DNA of 64,000 nucleotides from Promethearchaeota archaeon (GTDB lineage Archaea; Asgardarchaeota; Lokiarchaeia; Sigyniarchaeales; SOKP01): NCBI GenBank assembly GCA_013375475.1, contig JABXKD010000004.1, positions 10,659 to 74,658 of the forward strand, read 5' to 3'. Shown piece by piece: positions 55,883 to 64,000 of this stretch (position 1 is its first letter; each line of letters starts with the position of its first letter). The notes under the pieces were generated by a model. It saw only the letters and a program-made list of their open reading frames with translations, ran no database searches and was not told where the DNA came from. The position numbers and the translations under genes were made by a program.

Positions 55883-56770
55883 ATGGAACGGATTTATAGA
55901 AAAATACAAAAGTTAGGTGGCTCACTAGTGGTGAGTTTGCCTAAAAAATGGACTGAGAACTATAATCTAAATAAAGAATCTTCCGTTGCTATGGATATGA
56001 ATCGTGATGGATCTTTAAGCATAACTCCCAAACTTAATCACCCGAAAGAAGTTATTGATGAATTAATTTTAGAGTCTAATCCCTATGTGGTTAAAGAGGT
56101 GGTAAAAAATATCCTATCTGGACAAACTCACATCGTAGTAGTTTCCGACAAAGAAATTAACAAGAGTTTAAGAAATCAAATAAGATATTGGGTTAATGGG
56201 CTACCAAATACTGAAATTACAGAAGAATCAAACCAAAGAATAGTAATCGAGAATTTTGGATATAAAAAAATTCCAACTGGTAAACTAATTCAGCGTCTTC
56301 TTTATTTAATAGCAGACATGTTCGACGATGTTAAAAATGAAACATACGATGATTTAAATTATGCTTTTGATCAATTAAGAAAGTTTTACTTCATATTAGT
56401 AATGCATATCCGAGCTTATCTCAGGACAGGAGTATATGTGACAGAAGATAAGGATTTTACTCCGTTAGAAGCAATGGACTATCGTATCTTTTGCGGAAAA
56501 ATTGAAGAGATCGGTAAAATTTTGAAGCGATTAAGGTTATCTCCTCCAGTAAAACCATTTTTTGACGAAATCCATCAATATTTTGAAGAAGTCATGGATG
56601 CATACTTAAAACACGATTCTAAATTATCATACTATGTATGGTTGAAGAAATACAATTTAATCGAGAAAGCAAATGATATATTATCAACACTTGATATTCG
56701 CGAACATGACAAGATTAGAAGTTTGATCGGAATTGCAGAACGGTGCAAAGATATGGCAGGATTAATCTAA
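55883..56770 (+). CDS. AbrB/SpoVT-type DNA-binding domain fused to PhoU-like domain (archaeal phosphate-uptake-regulator type)
   Basis: RKIQKLGGSLVVSLPKKWTENYNL (AbrB swapped-hairpin signature), followed by helical PhoU-like repeats. ATG 55883 preferred over the track TTG 55874. Confidence 0.65.
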   Translation: MERIYRKIQKLGGSLVVSLPKKWTENYNLNKESSVAMDMNRDGSLSITPKLNHPKEVIDELILESNPYVVKEVVKNILSGQTHIVVVSDKEINKSLRNQIRYWVNGLPNTEITEESNQRIVIENFGYKKIPTGKLIQRLLYLIADMFDDVKNETYDDLNYAFDQLRKFYFILVMHIRAYLRTGVYVTEDKDFTPLEAMDYRIFCGKIEEIGKILKRLRLSPPVKPFFDEIHQYFEEVMDAYLKHDSKLSYYVWLKKYNLIEKANDILSTLDIREHDKIRSLIGIAERCKDMAGLI

Positions 56771-56782
56771 GAATTCAACCCT

Positions 56783-57646
56783 TCAAAAAAACATTCTTAT
56801 TGCTAAGCCTATCAAAACAACTGATACAAAGATTTGTAGATAGTTTTTAGGCATCTTCTTTGATATTTTTGCACCTAATATCGATCCCAAAATCGAACCA
56901 ATCATAATTAGAAGCCCTATTAAGTAATCAATCTGGCCTGTTAAGCTCTTTATGATCGTATTGTATATAGCAGTAAAAAAAATTATAGATGTTGAGATCG
57001 CTGTAGAATTGTGGATAGGGAAATTTAGAACCATATTAAGAGAAGGCGTATTTATTATACCACCCCCAATTCCCAGTAAATTGGCAGTAAATCCCGCCAG
57101 CATGAATAACGGAATAGCCTTTTTAAAAGTAGCCTTTTGATCTTGGTTTTTCAAGGTAAAATCGATGTGGTTAACCTCTTGAATTTCGGGGACATTTTTC
57201 GCTTTAGTAGCTTTGTAAATCATATTAGCTCCGGCAATTAGTAAAGTTACTGCAAATATAATTTCCAAAATATAACTTTCAATTGAAACAAATGAAAACA
57301 GAAGAGTAGCTAAAAAGCTTCCTAATATAGAAAATAAACTAAAAAATAATGAAAGCTTAATACTTGTTCTTTTCTGTCGTAAATAGGTTATAAATCCTGC
57401 AAAACTCGAAAAAAGAATTATGAATGTACTTGTATCTATTGCTATTTTAATATCAATTAAAAAGAGTAGAGAGATGAAAGACACGAAGAAAACTCCACCT
57501 CCAATTCCCGCAATTGAAGAAACCATGCCGGATAATATACCTAAGATAATTAACAAAAAGACAAGGTAAAAGGTTAATTCCATAGTCCAAGAAATAGCAC
57601 ATTCATCATAAATCTTTTTAAAAATAAGAGAAGTAAATTTTTTCAA
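56783..57646 (-). CDS. TauE/SafE (TSUP, DUF81) family anion exporter
   Basis: About 8 TM helices with the duplicated glycine motif SIAGIGGGVFFV ... LLGIGGGIINTP. Confidence 0.75.
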   Translation of the reverse strand: MKKFTSLIFKKIYDECAISWTMELTFYLVFLLIILGILSGMVSSIAGIGGGVFFVSFISLLFLIDIKIAIDTSTFIILFSSFAGFITYLRQKRTSIKLSLFFSLFSILGSFLATLLFSFVSIESYILEIIFAVTLLIAGANMIYKATKAKNVPEIQEVNHIDFTLKNQDQKATFKKAIPLFMLAGFTANLLGIGGGIINTPSLNMVLNFPIHNSTAISTSIIFFTAIYNTIIKSLTGQIDYLIGLLIMIGSILGSILGAKISKKMPKNYLQIFVSVVLIGLAIRMFF

Positions 57647-57732
57647 AAAATAGAAAGAAAAATCAATAATTAAATTATTGAAAAGTTATTAGATTAGTAT
57701 TAAAAAATTTTATATTTAGTTAGTAATCATTT

Positions 57733-58128
57733 ATGCCCGAATCTAACGACGATAAACTAATAGTTGCACTTGTGGTATGCTCTCGTTGTGGAAATCCTTT
57801 CATGATTAAAAAAGGACAAAAAAAGACGGGAAATTTAGTATGTGATAACTGTATTAAATTGGAACAAAGAAAACAGCAATTATCAGATTCGGTAAAAGCA
57901 TCTCAAAAAGAAATTGAAAACTCTATTAAAGGATACAAATCGTCGTTAAGAGTTGCAAAATCTCAACAAATAAAACAAATCTACTTTGACAAGATTAAAA
58001 AAACTTCTGATGTTTTAACTCGATCTGTTGAACTTCTTAAAAAAATAGAGGACACAAAAGATGAAAAATATATTGAAGAATACAAGAAGCTCTTTGATAA
58101 AATGGAGGAAGATTACAAAGAAGAATAA
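57733..58128 (+). CDS. Zinc-ribbon plus coiled-coil protein, unknown function
   Basis: CSRCGNPF...VCDNC (CxxC-x18-CxxC), then a K/E/Q-rich helix. Confidence 0.5.
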   Translation: MPESNDDKLIVALVVCSRCGNPFMIKKGQKKTGNLVCDNCIKLEQRKQQLSDSVKASQKEIENSIKGYKSSLRVAKSQQIKQIYFDKIKKTSDVLTRSVELLKKIEDTKDEKYIEEYKKLFDKMEEDYKEE

Positions 58129-58256
58129 ATCTAAATCCATAAAACAACAACTAAGTTCTGGATTAAATAAAAAATCTTTATTATTCTAGTTTAATTAAGT
58201 ATAATATCGTTTAAAGATAATATTTCGAATCAAAATTAAGGATATCTGATAAAAAA

Positions 58257-58679
58257 ATGCAACTCAAACAAATCTCGGTTTTCCTACCCAACAAACCCGG
58301 GCAACTTGCTAATTTCTTCGAATACCTAATGGATAATAAAATTTACATTAGATCAGTAACTGTTGCCGAAACAGAAGATTATGGATTAATACTCCTTTTA
58401 GTTGATCAATTTGACAAATGCATTAATCTAATCGAGGAAAGAGAATATTTATATTCAGTAACGGAAGTTGTAGCAGTCGAAATGACAGATAACATAACTC
58501 AATTGTACGAAATTGCCAAAACTCTTGGTGCTAATAATGTTAATATCGAATATTTGTATACTTTCGCCGAAAAATCATCTAATGTTAACACCGTTGCTGT
58601 TCTAAGGCTTGATGATAATGAGAACGGAATCAAAGTTCTAATCCAAAATGGATTTAAAGTTATCGAAAGTTTTAATTAG
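58257..58679 (+). CDS. ACT-domain pair protein (small-ligand-binding regulatory protein)
   Basis: ISVFLPNKPGQLANFFEYLMDNKIYIRSVTVAETEDYGLILLLVD is a typical ACT beta-alpha-beta-beta start. A second ACT-like half follows. Confidence 0.65.
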   Translation: MQLKQISVFLPNKPGQLANFFEYLMDNKIYIRSVTVAETEDYGLILLLVDQFDKCINLIEEREYLYSVTEVVAVEMTDNITQLYEIAKTLGANNVNIEYLYTFAEKSSNVNTVAVLRLDDNENGIKVLIQNGFKVIESFN

Positions 58680-58718
58680 CTTTGTATTAATAAAATTATA
58701 ATTTAGAAAAGAGATTTT

Positions 58719-59819
58719 CTATTCTGGTTCGTCTGATTCTTCTTCTAATTTCATTACAATCTTATAAGATAATTTGCTTATTATCTTTTTGATTGAAATT
58801 GATCCTCCTACTTTAGGGTAAATCAATTTTAAGAATAAGCCAATTATAATTACTGCTAAAACAATAGAGATTTGTGATAACAAAACATTCAAGCTTTTTA
58901 AAAACACAAAATATAGAAGGTGATGAACAAGATAAATTGTTAACGAGTAGTAAGAGAAGTAAAATATGAAATTATATTTTTTATTGATCTTAATTATTTC
59001 AGATTCTTCAATGATAACAAAAAGTGAAAATAAGATAAGACTTATTCCCGTAGCAGAGATTATCCCGTAAAACGAGGGTAAATTTAAGAAGCGGAACCAA
59101 TTTGCTATAAAAATAAAAATCACTAAAATTCCACCAATTAAAATTGAAGGTAACATCAACTTTTTTTTCAAAAGACTTAACCTCCTCTTTTTTTCTTCTT
59201 TATAGTATATTTCATAGATTACCTCACCAACTACCGTCCCTATTAAAAAGACAGCAAAAGACGATAAAATTGGATGTAAACCAGTAGGATAAAATAATAG
59301 ATGAAATAGAAACCCGAATACATTAGGTTGTCCCTCGAAATCTTGTAAAAATGGTAGAATTGAAAAATTTAAAACCATAAAGGCTACTCCGAGGAAAAGC
59401 CTCGTCTTTTTAGAAGTATCTAATAATGGAGTTATCAAAATTATTGAAACTGCTATTGCAAGTAAAATAAACCAGCTCCAGATTTCAGAGGGTCTTGATG
59501 TAGAAATTGCAACACCGCTATTGAAAATTAGAGCAATTAACAGTAAAAAAAATCCCCTCACTAAAAATTGTCTCTTTATTCTTTGGTTGTTGGGGATTTC
59601 TGAAGTTTCTATCATCGATCCACCCGTTTTGTAAAATAAAAACCTGCTCACTCCTGAAATAAATTGATAACTCACTAAAAAACCGTATTGCGTTACAAAC
59701 AAGGGAACATCAAGAAACCATTTAGAATCTCCAGATAACCACCATTCACTTACGTGAAGCCATATCATAGCTATAACAGAAATTCCACGAAAGGTATCAA
59801 TACTTTTTAATCGAATCAT
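58719..59819 (-). CDS. DUF1624 / HGSNAT-like transmembrane acyltransferase family protein
   Basis: N-terminal RLKSIDTFRGISVIAMIWLHV (consensus R..slDvfRG....mil.h) and about 10 TM helices. Confidence 0.6.
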   Translation of the reverse strand: MIRLKSIDTFRGISVIAMIWLHVSEWWLSGDSKWFLDVPLFVTQYGFLVSYQFISGVSRFLFYKTGGSMIETSEIPNNQRIKRQFLVRGFFLLLIALIFNSGVAISTSRPSEIWSWFILLAIAVSIILITPLLDTSKKTRLFLGVAFMVLNFSILPFLQDFEGQPNVFGFLFHLLFYPTGLHPILSSFAVFLIGTVVGEVIYEIYYKEEKKRRLSLLKKKLMLPSILIGGILVIFIFIANWFRFLNLPSFYGIISATGISLILFSLFVIIEESEIIKINKKYNFIFYFSYYSLTIYLVHHLLYFVFLKSLNVLLSQISIVLAVIIIGLFLKLIYPKVGGSISIKKIISKLSYKIVMKLEEESDEPE

Positions 59820-59929
59820 ATTTTTGATTAGGGAAAGTTTTGAGTAATAAAATTAAAAATACTTATTATTTAGATATTACCATTTAGAAAAATACTAGAA
59901 GGTATAGAATACAAAACCTTAAGATAAGA

Positions 59930-60256
59930 TTATTCTGTTGTTTCTGTAGTTTTTCTTTCCTCAATTTTTCTTACAATCCTATAAGCTAGTTTGCCAATAA
60001 TAACTTTGGTCGCAAAGTTTGACCTTGTTCTTTTATACAGCCATTTTAACAGTAGACCTAATAAAAGAATTGTTATTACCAAAAAAATAAGTAATATAGG
60101 AATATTTAGCATTCCCAAGAATAGAAAAAGTAAGAGATTATGGGCAATGTAAATCGTTAAAGAATAATATGAATAATAGAATACGAATTTATGACTCTTT
60201 TTAGTTTTAAGAAATTTATATTCCTCAATTATCACGAATAAAGAAAATAAAATTAC
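59930..60256 (-). pseudogene. Truncated tandem paralogue: last approx 110 codons of the DUF1624-like gene
   Basis: VILFSLFVIIEEYKFLKTKKSHKFVFYYSYYSLTIYIAHNLL... aligns with LILFSLFVIIEESEIIKINKKYNFIFYFSYYSLTIYLVHHLL... of 58719..59819. Homology begins immediately after a stop at 60257-60259. The track ORF starts at GTG 60235. Confidence 0.6.
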
Positions 60257-60286
60257 TTACTATTTAGATGATTTGATATTTAAAAA

Positions 60287-61690
60287 TTAATTTTCTTTCG
60301 AGTTTGATTTGTGGTTTAAGAATTTCTTTCTTTCAATTAAAAGTTTTATGGCATATACCGCTTCGTGTGGTGTATAGAAAATAGGGCTTTTTTCTTTTTT
60401 CGCCAATTCCTTTAACTCTACAAAACCTTCGCTAAAAAGAAATAGAGGTATCAAAGGTTTTTTTCTTCCTGTTTCATTCCAAGCTCGGATAAGTCCACGA
60501 AAATGTTCGTCAGACTGCATTCCTAAAAACGGAGGAATTACAGCACTCCCCACAACAATGTCTATTCCAGGATCTTCAAACATTTCTCTCGCAACATTAT
60601 AATAATGCTGTTCTTCAGCAACTCCTATCATATCGAGAGGATTTATCTTTTGAACTAATGAAATCAAATGAGGTGAAATCTTTTCCTTTAGAGCATCAGA
60701 AAATTCAGCAAGTTTTAAATTAAATTTATCTGCATTATCACTAAAGATTACAGCATTACCGCCGCTGTTAGTGAGGATTCCTACGTTTTCTCCTTCCGGG
60801 GGTACAAGAAACGAAAGAGTTTTAATCGCAGTTATGAAATCGGAGACATTTTCACACATAACTGCTCCTGCTTGAACAATAGCCGTTTTGAGTATCTTAT
60901 AATTCGAAGTTATCGATCCGGTATGGCTTTGTGCAGCTAACATTCCCTTAGCGGTTTTTCCTCCCTTCAAAACAATAACGGGTTTAATGCGTGTAATCTG
61001 TTTTAATTTTTCGTAGAAAAATCTACCATTAGAAATAGTTTCTAAATATATACTAATAATTTTAGTGTTTTCATCGTGAGTAAAAAAAGAAAGGAAATCG
61101 TCAAAAGAAATATCAACTCCATTCCCAATGTTTGCAAATTTGGAGCAACCAATAACATCTCTTTCCATTTGATAAAACACAGCACAGCCAAATGATCCAG
61201 ATTGACTTATCATACTAACTTCCCCATGAGGAGGGGTTTGTATAAACGAAGCATTGAGTCCTATATCAGCGTTTTGAATTCCAACGCAATTAGGACCGAT
61301 CACCCGAATTCCCGCTTCTTTACACTTATTTATGATAATTTTTTCTTTTACTTTTCCCTGTTCGTCTATTTCTCCAAACCCGGAAGTTACGATTATAATG
61401 CCTTTAACCTTCTTCTCAATGCATTGATCGACAATAGATTCTACGACATTTGCTGGAACTAAAATGATAGCGATATCTATCTCGCCAGGAATGTCTAAAA
61501 TGGATTTGTAAGTTTTTATTCCTACTATTTCTTTACTTCCATGAGAAACGAGATACACTTTGCTTGTTAAATCCTTATTTTTCAGAATGTTTGTAGTTAC
61601 AGCATTCCCAAATTTTTTTGGATCTGATGTAGCTCCTATTATCGCAATGGATTCAGGATAAAAGAAAACGGATAGCATAAACTTAAGCAT
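60287..61690 (-). CDS. ADP-forming acyl-CoA synthetase alpha subunit, coupled to the IOR genes
   Basis: PESIAIIGATSDPKKFGN, IGPNCVGIQN, AQSHTGSIT. Its ATG overlaps the upstream stop (ATGCTTAAG; 8-nt overlap, 61683-61690). Confidence 0.75.
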   Translation of the reverse strand: MLKFMLSVFFYPESIAIIGATSDPKKFGNAVTTNILKNKDLTSKVYLVSHGSKEIVGIKTYKSILDIPGEIDIAIILVPANVVESIVDQCIEKKVKGIIIVTSGFGEIDEQGKVKEKIIINKCKEAGIRVIGPNCVGIQNADIGLNASFIQTPPHGEVSMISQSGSFGCAVFYQMERDVIGCSKFANIGNGVDISFDDFLSFFTHDENTKIISIYLETISNGRFFYEKLKQITRIKPVIVLKGGKTAKGMLAAQSHTGSITSNYKILKTAIVQAGAVMCENVSDFITAIKTLSFLVPPEGENVGILTNSGGNAVIFSDNADKFNLKLAEFSDALKEKISPHLISLVQKINPLDMIGVAEEQHYYNVAREMFEDPGIDIVVGSAVIPPFLGMQSDEHFRGLIRAWNETGRKKPLIPLFLFSEGFVELKELAKKEKSPIFYTPHEAVYAIKLLIERKKFLNHKSNSKEN

Positions 61691-63539
61691 CTACCTCGTA
61701 TATAGCATTTTGGGGGCATACATCAATACAAACTTTGCAGCCCCTGCAAACTGACTGCTCTATTGACACTTTTTTTATATCCTCACTAAAATTTAGTGCC
61801 TGACACCCAAACTTATTAATACATATTAAGCAACCAGTGCATTTGTCTTGATCAACATCTATGGTAGGAGGTATAATTTGTTGAGTTCGAAATTGGTTCG
61901 ATTCAACTAACGAGCATAAGTGTCTAGAAATGAAAACGCGAACTCCTTCTGCTTTAACTGCATCCTCCAGTTTTTCAACAGTCTTTTTTAAGTTATAAGC
62001 ATCTTCTACCCAAATTTTATCAGAAGAAACACCACATCCTTTGACAAGATCTTCTAAAACAACGCGGATACCAGGCTCTTTTGAGATTGTGATACCCGTT
62101 CCCGGATTATCTTGAAAGCCAGTCATACTTGTTGATCTATTATCTAAAATTACAACTAATATGTCATTTTTGTTAAATACCGCATTTATTAGAGCAGGGA
62201 TTCCAGAATGAAAGAATGTAGAATCTCCTAAAATCGCTAACACGGGATTAGTTTTACTTTGGACTTTAGCAATTCCGTTTGCTAACCCTATAGAGCCCCC
62301 CATGCACACTTCCGTGTCAATTCCTTCTAATGGCTTGTAAACGGCCAGTGTATAACACCCGATATCCGAAGAATTGACAAATTTCGTTTTCATCTTTTTT
62401 TCAATTTGCTTGATTGCATAAAAAGTCGCCCTATGACCGCATCCCGGACACAAAATAGGAAGTCTTGGTGGAATAATCAGCATGTTGTCTGGTACTGGAA
62501 CTCTTTTATAAGAAAAACTCATCAAACGAGCAATGTTTTCCAGATAAATTTCCCCTGCAAATTCTCCGTTTTGGGGGAATAAATCTTTCCCGTGAATTTT
62601 CACCTCTTTTGAGAAGCCTTCTTCGTATGCGATTTGTTTTACAATATTTTCAAGAAACGGTTCTAACTCCTCAACCACCACGACTTCGTCTGAAGCTTTT
62701 AATAGTTCTTTAATTAATTTTTTGGGTGGAGGATACACTAATCCGAGTTTTAAAATCGATACTTTTTTACTTACTCCGTAAAAATTAAGAGCATCTAACA
62801 ATTGTGAGTAGGGTATTCCCGCTGCGACAAATCCATATTTGACACCGTTAATTTTTTCATCTGATATTTGTAGCGAATTAAAAGGAAAATCATCAGCAAA
62901 TTTGGAAATTTCATCTAATCTTTCTAACAATCTCATGCGTAGTACTCTCGAGTGTGAAGGCAAACACACCCATCTAGAACGATCCCAATCAAAACCGTAT
63001 TCACGATTCATAAGAGACACATCTCCAAGTACTACATCCCCTCTCCCGTGGTTTAATCTGGTTGTAGTGCGAAACAATACTAATGATTGATATTCTTCCG
63101 AAAAATCAAAAGCATATTTTATTAAATCTTTTGCTTCTTGTGGTGTAGATGGTTCAAATACAGGCACTAAAGCATGTAACCCGAAATAGCGATTATCCTG
63201 TTCGTTTTGAGAAGAATAACAATTAGGATCATCTGCCGAGATCAACACCATTCCACCTCTCGCTCCCGCATAACAAGCCGTCATAAAAGCATCTGAAGCA
63301 ACATTAACTCCTACGTGTTTCATAACCGCGACTGAGCGTGCATTTGACATCGAACCTCCATAAGCTACTTCAAAACCTACTTTTTCGTTAACACTCCATT
63401 CTAATTTAAGATGCGGAAAAAATTTCTGCATCTCAGCTAGTGTGGGAAGTATCTCGGAAGAAGGTGTCCCAGGATAACCAGCGCCAATTATTACTCCTGC
63501 CTCTAATATCCCCCTCGCAATCGCTTCGTTTCCCAACAT
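61683..63539 (-). CDS. iorA: Indolepyruvate:ferredoxin oxidoreductase alpha subunit
   Basis: MLGNEAIARGILEAGV...GYPGTPSSEI N-terminus, TPP-binding region GDSTFFHSGIPALINAV, C-terminal 2x[4Fe-4S] motifs CTGCLICINKFGC and CRGCKVCIDVCP. Confidence 0.8.
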   Translation of the reverse strand: MLGNEAIARGILEAGVIIGAGYPGTPSSEILPTLAEMQKFFPHLKLEWSVNEKVGFEVAYGGSMSNARSVAVMKHVGVNVASDAFMTACYAGARGGMVLISADDPNCYSSQNEQDNRYFGLHALVPVFEPSTPQEAKDLIKYAFDFSEEYQSLVLFRTTTRLNHGRGDVVLGDVSLMNREYGFDWDRSRWVCLPSHSRVLRMRLLERLDEISKFADDFPFNSLQISDEKINGVKYGFVAAGIPYSQLLDALNFYGVSKKVSILKLGLVYPPPKKLIKELLKASDEVVVVEELEPFLENIVKQIAYEEGFSKEVKIHGKDLFPQNGEFAGEIYLENIARLMSFSYKRVPVPDNMLIIPPRLPILCPGCGHRATFYAIKQIEKKMKTKFVNSSDIGCYTLAVYKPLEGIDTEVCMGGSIGLANGIAKVQSKTNPVLAILGDSTFFHSGIPALINAVFNKNDILVVILDNRSTSMTGFQDNPGTGITISKEPGIRVVLEDLVKGCGVSSDKIWVEDAYNLKKTVEKLEDAVKAEGVRVFISRHLCSLVESNQFRTQQIIPPTIDVDQDKCTGCLICINKFGCQALNFSEDIKKVSIEQSVCRGCKVCIDVCPQNAIYEVDA

Positions 63540-63579
63540 AATGATTTTTTTTCCAGGCTCTTCATCAGCAAAATTGGGT

Positions 63580-64000
63580 CTAATCGTTAAAATCCCTCCT
63601 AAGTTTTATCCCATTATCAATTCCAAATTGAAACGCTTTCCTGTTTATGTCGTGTAATTTTGGAGGGAAGTAACTTAAGATAGCTTTCTCGAGCGTTTCT
63701 TTTTTAAGTGGCATAACCTTTAAACCAATTAGAGCTCCTAACATTACGACATTCATTGTTATAGGATTTCCCAAATCCGCAGCAATTTTAACACCATCTA
63801 TAAAAAATATATTAAGGGATACATTTTTTAAAAAATCGCGTATTTCTGTTAGATCTGGAAATTCTATACCCATTTGGTGAATTTGCGGAGGAACGATAAT
63901 ATTCTCATTAATCAAAAAAACTGTTTCGGGTCCCGCATAATTGAAAATCCTTACGGCCTCGCTTGCCTCAAAAGCTAAAATTGTGTTAGCTTTCCCCCGT
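63580..64000 (-). CDS. iorB: IOR beta / 2-oxoacid oxidoreductase gamma-type subunit; N-terminus beyond the window end
   Basis: The track ORF 63580..63915 frame continues open to 64000 (..GKANTILAFEASEAVRIFNYAGPETVFLINENIIVPP..). POR-gamma-like pattern. 40 nt upstream of iorA. Confidence 0.6.
   Translation of the reverse strand, partial: RGKANTILAFEASEAVRIFNYAGPETVFLINENIIVPPQIHQMGIEFPDLTEIRDFLKNVSLNIFFIDGVKIAADLGNPITMNVVMLGALIGLKVMPLKKETLEKAILSYFPPKLHDINRKAFQFGIDNGIKLRRDFND

Noticed and set aside
37944-63090. Remaining nested track ORFs (37944..38150, 40204..40395, 40308..40499, 41434..41640, 42115..42369, 42777..42971, 47097..47291, 47619..47906, 49700..49882, 50588..50887, 53208..53525, 54022..54246, 54749..55021, 56952..57140, 61202..61462, 62839..63090)
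   Set aside because: All lie inside longer genes with recognisable domains on the opposite strand or frame.
1-64000. tRNA, rRNA, transposase, integrase, reverse transcriptase, toxin-antitoxin or known defence genes
   Set aside because: I saw no GC-rich 70-90-nt islands with cloverleaf potential in the spacers, and no translation with DDE, tyrosine/serine recombinase, RT or common TA motifs. Absence by eye is not proof.

Overview
A visibly AT-rich, densely coding prokaryotic window; I did not compute GC. No rRNA, tRNA, CRISPR array, transposase or integrase was recognised. The content looks archaeal: indolepyruvate:ferredoxin oxidoreductase translationally coupled to an ADP-forming acyl-CoA synthetase alpha subunit, a UbiA prenyltransferase, an AbrB-PhoU regulator, and sequon-rich surface proteins. 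It is mixed with eukaryote-like signature proteins: a Ras/Rab-like small GTPase fused to a membrane domain, a gelsolin-domain protein with two SAP/HeH-like repeats, a GPP34/GOLPH3-like protein, a SET-domain protein, three LRR proteins and a bacterial-type RNase III. By inference this fits an Asgard (Lokiarchaeia-like) genome. Main blocks: (1) minus-strand operon of MacB-type ABC ATPase, double-FtsX permease, 1320-aa surface protein and secreted S8 protease (1-10881); (2) three GDPD paralogues interrupted by an LRR gene, the third copy carrying an in-frame TAA; (3) GNAT, MFS and miscellaneous small genes; (4) an accessory-looking stretch (about 30-41 kb) holding the eukaryote-like genes, gene remnants, long direct repeats and a double-wHTH/TPR protein divergent from a small-peptide cluster; (5) four alpha/beta hydrolases plus an MFS gene; (6) a tight MoxR AAA+ / VWA / SWIM three-gene operon; (7) the IOR-ACD module. 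Most unusual observations: several conserved N-termini with good Shine-Dalgarno sites but only ATA/ATT at the start position; two in-frame TAA codons inside otherwise intact paralogues; two single genes each flanked by long direct repeats; paralogous 23/29-aa ORFs beside the wHTH-TPR protein. All family calls come from motifs read by eye in the translations. No database search was run.
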